Shown here: positions 1 to 6,367 of the stretch, one piece after another
How the letters are laid out: every line of letters starts with the position of its first letter
Position numbering within the stretch: the first letter of the stretch is position 1
From: Tubiluchus corallicola
Lineage: Eukaryota > Animalia > Priapulida
Assembly: GCA_030141605.1 (NCBI GenBank)
Contig: JAQGDQ010002252.1
Coordinates: forward strand, 1 to 6,367
Direction: 5' to 3'
Length of the DNA: 6,367 nt
Translations under genes and position numbers: made by a program
The notes under the pieces: generated by a model
Databases searched by the model: none
What the model was told of the DNA's origin: nothing
What the model saw: the letters and a program-made list of their open reading frames with translations, nothing else

Positions 1-224
1 TTTGCAGAATTAAGGTCGTGTTCTAACATCAAATATTTCGAAAATCACACTGCTGCAGGCATTTTCAAATCAGCTCTGCGTTGTTTCAAGGAAAGGAAAG
101 TCACTTTTAAAGTACGTAGCAAAAAAACTTTCCATACAAAGTCATACAAAGGCTTTTCATCGAGGAATTGCCATCACAAGCGCCTTTCCGGCTTCATGAA
201 AACGTTGAACTGCTTCAGCCATTG

Positions 225-258
225 TACGCATGCGCGCGAAAAAATGGAAGTATAAAGA
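225..258 (+). promoter_or_regulatory. Putative GPCR core promoter: NRF1-like ACGCATGCGC, overlapping E2F-like GCGCGAAA, and TATA box TATAAAGA (251-258)
   Basis: The motifs are read directly and form a CpG-dense patch in AT-rich DNA ~280 bp upstream of the ATG. Function is inferred. Confidence 0.5.
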
Positions 259-387
259 CAAAGTTTACCTGTGAAACGTCTGTAGTGAATTCTGACACAA
301 TGTTGAAATTCAAAGCCTGACTGTTCATCAACTCAGAGGTTCAACAAATTGAGACTTCAAACGAAATATAAACTTTTAAAGAACTTA

Positions 388-484
388 AAATATTCAAGAA
401 CTCATTGTCGACCAAAAATTCGAGCATTGAACAGGTAAGTCTTCAAAAGAACTGAAACGCAGAGAGCTCAAATATTCAAGAACT
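388..484 (+). repeat. 15 bp exact direct repeat AAATATTCAAGAACT (388-402 and 470-484)
   Basis: Two identical copies 82 bp apart, read directly. Confidence 0.8.
432..440 (+). other. Perfect consensus 5' splice donor CAG|GTAAGT in the GPCR leader
   Basis: Exact 9/9 match to the U1 consensus, between the TATA box and the ATG. Use is not demonstrated. Confidence 0.35.
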
Positions 485-534
485 GTTGCATTCATCAAGT
501 GACATTTTACACAAGAGCTGCATAAGCAGCAATT

Positions 535-1545
535 ATGGACAACGTTACAGAGATATCAACAAATTCGACAGTATCACCAACAGATTCATTCGGCTATTCG
601 TTAGCACTTATTGCAATTTCGTTAGCAGTTGCTTTTACCATCATTGGAAGTAACACGCTTGTTATTGCGGCTCTTTTCCTGGAAAAGCGATTTCAAGACG
701 CAACTCACTTCTTTATTGGAAACTTGGCAGTGGCTGATTTGTTGTGTGGAGTAGGCTCTCTCTATAGCGTGATAACAGTCTTTATTCCAGAAATGCTAGC
801 CACAAAGTATGGTTGTATAACAACAATCATGATTTCCTTGGTTTCTGGCACCATGTCTATGTTCAGTATGGTGTTGGCGTCTGCAGACCAATATATAAAG
901 ATCGTTTACCCACTAACTTACTACAAGATAATGACTAATGTTACTGTGGTTGTTTTGATAACATTGTCCTGGTTCATTGCAATGATTTTAATGTCACTTC
1001 CTTATTTTGGATGGGCAAACGACTATCCCGGCGTGTTTGCTTGTCTAATGTTAAAAACTTTGGCTTCAGGTTATATATTGTTGTGGTTTGTGATTACTTT
1101 TGCAATACCTACGATGGTCATTGTTACCCTGTACATGCGCATTCTAAGCATCGCTCGCTATCACTCGAAGAAAATGGCGGAACAGCCACAAACAATAGAA
1201 TCACAAAACGCAGCACTCATGCAACGTATCAAGCGAGAAACGAAAATGATCATGACTACAGTAATCGTCATCTGCACGTTCATTGCATGCTGGACGCCAC
1301 TGGCTATTGTGATGCTAACAGATGTGTTTAACTCTTTCTTCCGTCCGGAGGAAGCAACACATCCAGACTTGATGATTGTTGGCATACCCACTTATTGTAA
1401 TTCGTTCCTCAATCCTATAATTTATGGACTCAGAGACCGCAGATTTCGTAGAGCGTATCGCAAAGTGCTTTGCTGTGGGAAAGGGGGGCAAGTTCAGCCC
1501 GAAAATACGACATCCTTTGTGAGCGGAGGAACCACTCATCGTTAA
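535..1545 (+). CDS. Class A (rhodopsin-like, 7tm_1) G protein-coupled receptor, single coding exon, non-aminergic orphan; loosely adenosine-receptor/GPR119-like
   Basis: 336 aa ORF with seven hydrophobic segments and class A motifs in order: TM1 GSN, TM2 NLAVADLL, TM3 Cys3.25 (YGC) and DQY at the DRY position, TM4 Trp (LSWFI), ECL2 Cys (FAC), TM5 FAIP..LY, TM6 CWTP, TM7 NSFLNPIIY, helix 8 FRRAY and a CC palmitoylation-type site. N-terminal sequons NVT and NST are present. Position 3.32 is Ser, not the aminergic Asp. The subfamily assignment is only an impression. Confidence 0.96.
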   Translation: MDNVTEISTNSTVSPTDSFGYSLALIAISLAVAFTIIGSNTLVIAALFLEKRFQDATHFFIGNLAVADLLCGVGSLYSVITVFIPEMLATKYGCITTIMISLVSGTMSMFSMVLASADQYIKIVYPLTYYKIMTNVTVVVLITLSWFIAMILMSLPYFGWANDYPGVFACLMLKTLASGYILLWFVITFAIPTMVIVTLYMRILSIARYHSKKMAEQPQTIESQNAALMQRIKRETKMIMTTVIVICTFIACWTPLAIVMLTDVFNSFFRPEEATHPDLMIVGIPTYCNSFLNPIIYGLRDRRFRRAYRKVLCCGKGGQVQPENTTSFVSGGTTHR

Positions 1546-2173
1546 TAACAAGCTACGAGTGCTTAGAAAACAAAAGACCATCGAAATAATATAAAAACTT
1601 TGTTGATAACAAAATTATGCTAGTGCTGCCAGTTATTCTATGGTGTTTCTGAATGGTAATTCATCAGGTAGTCAGTATTATTCTTTAGTAGCTGTGCACA
1701 GACTATAACTCATAGTCACTTTTCGGACTTTTCAGTGTTAGTTTAAATTTTATTATTCTTCTTACTTCTAAAAATCGCTTAAAGACCACCAGATTCTACA
1801 TTAGAATGTGTCGCTTTTTCTTCCATGTAAGTGAGAGGCGACTTTTTAATACTTCAAGCATACAGAAGAATGACCCTAAGACTCTTTTATGTTGTTTTGT
1901 AAACAGACCCTAATATCTCTTTCAGTGAAGGAAGAATTTCGAAATTGAAACTGATATAGGATTTTGAAATCTTGTATCTAAAATATTCAGCAAGAGGAAA
2001 AAATCTGCATAATGCGTAGTGACATGAAGCAACTGATGATGAAGTGTCACATTTATCTACGACAGAATACTCTCTTATGCCACACTCTGTCCTCGATGAA
2101 TATAGAAAAAGTGAGCTAAGATACTCGAGAAAGTCTTTACCAAATTGTTGCGATAATGTTTCGACACTGTATA

Positions 2174-3220
2174 CAGCCTCAGTAACATTTCTTTGACTCA
2201 AAAATGCAAACTTCTTCAGCTGTGTTCTTTGCCATGTAAGTAAAATAGGACTGATCAATTGCTCTGAAAGACGCCAATGACTATAATTTTTTAACTAAAA
2301 TACCTTTCAAAACATTCAGAAAAATTTTGAAAACTATTTAGATCACAGGAGTGAATTTGTGGTGCCATCTTGGCAGCTAACAGCTTTTGTTGTTATTTGT
2401 TACTTCTAATCGCCAAATTTGTGCGTTTTCTGTTTTAAACCGCTACTGATATTCAGGTCTGTGTGATACAACATGATTAATTTCAGGTTATAATGTCTCG
2501 AAAATCATTATACACTAAAGTCTTTACATTTTTAATTGTTCGAACCCTTTGATTAGTCTAATTAGTCAAATAGATAAAGCTACTTCGCTAATGGATTTCT
2601 ACATATATGTCACACTTATCAAAGCAATTCAGCATTAACACCGGATATAGTATAGTACTTCAATATAGTACTTTCCAATATAGTACTTCAATATAGTACT
2701 TTCCAATATAGTACTTCAATATAGTACTTTCCAATATAGTACTTCATGTTAAATGTGTGCATAACAATGTCCAATTACTGTTTCAAATCCATGAAGGGTC
2801 TTAGCCTTGTTGTACAAGCTTCTCTCTTGATGAAGTCAAAAATGGGGGAAAACTGAAAAGAAAAATATTTGGGACACGATGTATAATGAGTGCATGGCGC
2901 GCAAGTCCAACTCTCACACATGTCTTGTTCCTATCATGAATGACGCGTACTGAAATTTTACTGTAGCGTGTTGATCTAAAACAGAAAACTTACAAATGTG
3001 GTGATTAGAAGTGACAAATAACAAGTGCTGTTAGCTGCCAAGATAGCATCACAAATTCACCCCTGTGATCGAAATGGTTTTCAAAATTTTTCTGAATGTT
3101 TTGAAAGGTATTTTAGTTAAAAAAAATTACAGTCATTGGCGTCTTTCAGAGCAATTGATTAGTCCTATTTTACTTACACGGCAAAGAACACAGCTGAAGA
3201 AGTTTGCTTTTTTGAGTCTG
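2174..3220. mobile_element. Non-autonomous fold-back DNA transposon/MITE with long terminal inverted repeats (possibly Tc1/mariner-related)
   Basis: 2195-2437 is the reverse complement of 2977-3218 at roughly 90% identity by hand alignment. The termini are CAG...CTG (CAGCCTCA on the left, CAGACTCA as the reverse complement of the right end). TATA flanks both sides (2170-2173, 3221-3224), consistent with a TA or TATA TSD. No transposase is present and the superfamily is uncertain. Confidence 0.82.
2651..2746 (+). repeat. Minisatellite: strictly alternating 13 bp TATAGTACTTCAA and 15 bp TATAGTACTTTCCAA units (28 bp higher-order unit, ~3.4 copies)
   Basis: Seven monomers start at 2651, 2664, 2679, 2692, 2707, 2720 and 2735. 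The 28-mers show no mismatches. Confidence 0.97.
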
Positions 3221-3314
3221 TATACAGTATGTGTACAATTAAAAGAGAAAAATGAATGGAAAATCGTATGTAATCATTTACAGAAGTTGCGTAAAGTTGT
3301 AATGCCTTCATTAA

Positions 3315-3933
3315 CCCTTATAGGGTCACGATTTTTTACAACCGATTTTAGTAACTGTGGGGGGGGGGGCGCTGGGTAAAAAATCCCCTACCATAATTCG
3401 TAAATTATTTTTGATAAACCGCCGTGTCTCGTTAGTAAACAGCAACAGCATAATTTGTGGTTATGCTGACCACCATAGGATACATTATACCTCTGCTTAA
3501 AGACATGTGACTTACTAGTAATACGAAATTTAAATTCACTTAGTTACGTTCCCTTATCTATGCTGGAATAGACAACCGACATTGCTAGCACGTGTGCAAA
3601 AATCACTGTTATTTTGAATTTATTGTCTACTACTTTCTTCTTTTAGGTGGAGTAATTTGAGTAACTGACATTTTGTTTTATTAGATACATCGCCCATATA
3701 ATGCATAGACAAGCGAACTAAAGTTTTGACAATTTTAAAAAAAATCGACATATTGCATTTTCACCTTTATTTCGTGGTGAGACAATGCCCCTAAAATAAA
3801 TAACTGAAAGTATTTTGTGCAGAAAACATATTTAGTAAAAGTCATAGAAAAGGTTTACTGGGATGCGAATGGTAAATGCAAAAAACCGGTCTGGTGGTAA
3901 TTTTTACCCCCCCCCCCCGTGACCCTATAAGGG
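3315..3933. mobile_element. Non-autonomous piggyBac-superfamily element (MITE), 619 bp
   Basis: TTAA on both sides (3311-3314, 3934-3937) and perfect 16 bp TIRs CCCTTATAGGGTCACG (3315-3330) / CGTGACCCTATAAGGG (3918-3933). CCC...GGG termini with a TTAA TSD are diagnostic of piggyBac. Subterminal inverted repeats are asymmetrically spaced, and there is no long ORF. Confidence 0.93.
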
Positions 3934-4375
3934 TTAATAGTAAGCTCTGAGCCGCATTTACCTATAGATCAGTGAAGCATACAGCCTTAAATTCTACGGA
4001 CAATGTTAAATGTTCTTTAGTCTTTTAAAAGAATCTGCCTTGTGTTTCTGCGAATCAAGAATCTAGGGATGCTTTATGTTTTTCTTTTTAATACCTGGGC
4101 AGAAGAAAAATATTTAATTACTCTAAATTTAAATTTATATTGTATTTTCATCATACTTTTTTAAATTTTGCATAGTGTTGCCATCTTCAAGTGTTCTTGT
4201 TAAAATTGTTAAATCTTCCTCGTTACTGTTTAAATTTCATTGGCTTCTACACTCTTTATGAATGTATAATCTATAAATCTGTTTTCACACCTAGTTGATT
4301 TCACCTGTAATTTTGGTCACTTGGTTTTCTGCTTTTCAACATGACACTACCTGATTGATTATGTAGGCACTTCAG

Positions 4376-4410
4376 AATAAAATATTAAAACTAAATTTCA
4401 AGTTTTTTGG
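4376..4410 (+). terminator. Candidate polyadenylation site: AATAAA (4376-4381), ATTAAA (4384-4389), then CA and a T-rich tract
   Basis: This is the first canonical AATAAA downstream of the GPCR stop that lies outside a transposon, with a plausible downstream element (GTTTTTTGG). Such hexamers are common in AT-rich DNA. Confidence 0.35.
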
Positions 4411-4843
4411 CTCCCTCAAACCAATAACTACAGAGGGTTAGTTTTACTGAAGTGAAAAAGCTCATTTCAGCTTGACAGTAGTTTTCGTGTTGACGTTTGT
4501 TTGATTCTGATCAATAGGTGATCGATAGCTGATATGTATCAGCGAAACATTGCTTACCAAGTGAGAAATTTGTAATTTTCCTTGAACCATGTGTAATAAC
4601 AACTTAAAGAAAGACTGGGCGATTGTTTAGACTCAATCTCATTTTAATTTACTGTCCAAAATTGACATTTTCTTGCCTATGTAAGTTAACAAATGTTCCT
4701 TATATTTGAATAATTAGCTTAGAACGGCAACCGAACACAGCTATTGCTTACTTCAGAAACTAACCACAGTTTGTGCAATGGTAGGCATCTTCCCTTGCGC
4801 ATCAACCACATTTGCGTAAGTGTGACAGTACTGTTTAAACGCA

Positions 4844-4882
4844 TGATGTCACGAAAAATGGGCTTTACATCGTATGACGTCA
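4844..4882. promoter_or_regulatory. Full CRE palindrome TGACGTCA (4875-4882) with a near-CRE TGATGTCA (4844-4851)
   Basis: Motifs are read directly and sit in a locally CpG-enriched stretch (~4795-5035). Function is unproven. Confidence 0.3.
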
Positions 4883-5844
4883 GAAACTAACACTGCAGTT
4901 CATGATCATGCTTATCACGGTACCGCCTTCTATTTGTCAGCCACGCGAATGTGACAAAAAGGCGTCGTTGCCAATTTTAGTAGATTCACAGAGCCGCGCG
5001 TAGCTTTGAAAGTTTAACGAAATTTGAGTATCCGAGGTAATTATTATTTAACCTAAGTTTTGATTTAAAAAAAGCTATTGTAGTTTTCAATATTTTAGAG
5101 CATTCTTTATCCTGAACTAATGTTTACACAATCATCCGGTTTTCCTTTAAGGACAATCAAAAGATTTTTGTTTGTCCTGAGTTTGATGGTCGAGTGGTCT
5201 AGATTTCGGACTTCAGCCAGCAGTCTTGAGTTCAAGTATAGCTACTGCCAACACCAGGGTATATACTTTGCACGTTTTTCGTTATTTGTGTGTTGCGTCC
5301 TTCCCGGTATTGTTGTAAGTCGTTACTTAGGCTGCCAGGCCATAGAAACTCACGCTTCATGCCTCACGCTCATGCTTCACGTCTAAACGCGTGAGTGGAA
5401 AAATGAACAAACGTAATCTTATTTGCGGTGCGCCATAGACCTCCGCTCACGCCTCACACTTCAAGCTTCACGACTCACGCGTGAAGCTAGAAGTGAACAT
5501 GTTCACTTTTTCGAGACGTGAGTCCGAGGGCAGACTGGATATCAGAGCGTTTTTTGACTGCTCATGGTCCTGAGGACTATTCATTTCACGATCAGAGTTA
5601 GAACGGGACATTGTGACCTAAACCTTTTCAAATTTTTCACTTTCGTTTTTCGGTTTTTGTTTTTATTATATGGTCATGTCAGTATATCTGAAAAACATAA
5701 AATAATTAAATTTTACCCTTCAAAAACATTTTGGAATTTTTGTGTGGCCTTTCTTTTTTATCGGGGGGGGGGGGTGTTTAGATCTACTTTTTTATGTGGT
5801 CATGTCAGTGCATGCTTATCTGACAAACATACTTTGACTAGTAA

Positions 5845-6150
5845 TTACCACCTGAGAGTTATGATGAGCTTTTGTTCTGCTTCGATTGGCCTCCTCCAAT
5901 TTGAATGGCGTGGCTTCAGATGTCCTAGCACGAGGGACTTTAATGTACTGTAAGTCTTGTACGACATCCTTGTATAATTATGAAATAGTTCTTCATCAGG
6001 ATTGTCCACGAGGTGTTGAAATGTCCGCTGAAATTCTCCTCTGGATTCTCTGAGCAAAAAATGCTCCCGGCACCATATTCTCCGTCTCTTTCGCTTCCTT
6101 CTTCTGAGACACAACAAAATCAAGAAATCTTCCTCGTCAGATGATTCCAT
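5845..6150 (-). pseudogene. N-terminal fragment (probable first exon, ~100 aa) of a Harbinger/HARBI1/ALP1-like transposase; DDE catalytic domain absent
   Basis: The ATG at 6150 has the context AAAATGG. The peptide MESSDEED..RRRKRKRRRIW..R..RGEF...L...D.E.F.NYTRMS..TY..L...V...L......R.PI.AEQKL.ITLR follows the typical Harbinger transposase N-terminus. It stops at TLR, where the family normally continues (Y/F)LATG, at potential donors AG|GTGGTA or TG|GTAATT. Confidence 0.85.
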
Positions 6151-6216
6151 TTTGAATGCGCAATGCAGACTCGTGTGTGAAGCGTGAGAGCATGAGCCCC
6201 TATGGCCCAGTGGGCC

Positions 6217-6270
6217 GTGAAGCATGAAGCATGAAGTATGAAGTATGAAGCGTGAGGCATGAAGCATGAG
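6217..6270 (+). repeat. Subterminal 7 bp tandem array (RTGARGY, mostly ATGAAGC; 7 units) of the Harbinger element, mirrored by ~4 units at 5354-5380
   Basis: GTGAAGC ATGAAGC ATGAAGT ATGAAGT ATGAAGC GTGAGGC ATGAAGC on the right, and GCTTCAT GCCTCAC GCTCAT GCTTCAC on the left. Confidence 0.9.
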
Positions 6271-6367
6271 TTTCTATGGCCTGGCAGCCTTAGCCGTTAG
6301 CGCTAGTGTAGTCTGTTAAATGAGCTACGGTTAATAAATCTTCTCTTCTGTCTTTGTGGTCTTTGTC

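Larger units (their letters stand above)
5330..6289 (-). mobile_element. PIF/Harbinger DNA transposon, internally deleted non-autonomous copy, 960 bp
   Basis: TTA TSD (5327-5329, 6290-6292). The 41 bp TIRs starting GGCTGCCAGGCCATAGAAACTCA (5330-5370 / 6249-6289) have one mismatch. Subterminal 7 bp repeats and an internal Harbinger transposase fragment are present. Confidence 0.94.

Noticed and set aside
535-1545. Assignment as a biogenic amine receptor or opsin
   Set aside because: It lacks Asp3.32 (Ser instead) and has no TM7 retinal-binding Lys. No gene symbol is justified without phylogeny.
1011-1581. ORFs 1011-1331 (+), 1161-1391 (-) and 1315-1581 (-)
   Set aside because: They are alternate-frame or antisense shadows of the GPCR CDS with no recognisable features.
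1810-1842. Hairpin GTCGCTTTTT...GAGAGGCGAC in the presumed 3' UTR
   Set aside because: Only a ~10 bp stem with three G-U pairs, which is compatible with chance. It resembles no known RNA element.
2651-2746. CRISPR-like array
   Set aside because: The units are head-to-tail with no unique spacers, there are no cas genes, and the context is eukaryotic. It is a minisatellite.
2140-3250. Flanks of the fold-back element (TA-CAGTGTCG.. on minus, TA-CAGTATG.. on plus) as ends of additional Tc1-like elements
   Set aside because: I found no partner TIR for either within the window. A palindromic target site explains them more simply.
1887-3379. ORFs 1887-2258 (-) and 3065-3379 (+) sharing the peptide ISPILLTxQRTQLKKFAFLS, as if paralogous genes
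   Set aside because: The shared peptide is simply the translation of the two arms of the inverted repeat. Both use non-ATG starts, cross element boundaries and show no protein motif.
5120-5953. ORFs 5120-5386 (+) and 5564-5953 (+) as the Harbinger Myb/SANT partner or small genes
   Set aside because: Neither has the Trp-spaced Myb/MADF pattern. Both are Phe-rich translations of T-rich DNA; one crosses the TIR and the other runs through a G12 tract.
6151-6267. 39 aa N-terminal extension of the transposase ORF (MLHASRF...)
   Set aside because: It is translated TIR/heptamer repeat sequence. The ATG at 6150 has better context and matches the expected family start.

Overview
AT-rich eukaryotic (probably invertebrate; inference) genomic DNA, not prokaryotic. 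The window holds one intact, intronless class A (rhodopsin-family) GPCR gene (535-1545, +) with a TATA-type upstream region. Its DRY motif reads DQY, i.e. Arg3.50 is replaced by Gln. Downstream lie three separate non-autonomous DNA transposons. (1) A ~1.05 kb fold-back element (2174-3220) has ~240 bp inverted arms, TA/TATA flanks and a 13+15 bp tandem array almost exactly at its centre. (2) A 619 bp piggyBac-type MITE (3315-3933) has a TTAA TSD and perfect 16 bp TIRs. (3) A 960 bp internally deleted PIF/Harbinger element (5330-6289) has a TTA TSD and 41 bp TIRs, and still carries the uninterrupted N-terminal ~100 codons of its transposase. The other ORFs in the track look spurious. I find no CRISPR array or RNA gene, and no firm evidence of a new multi-gene system. 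The best leads are the DQY receptor, the fold-back element with its centred array, and the possibility that the GPCR 3' UTR spans that fold-back element.
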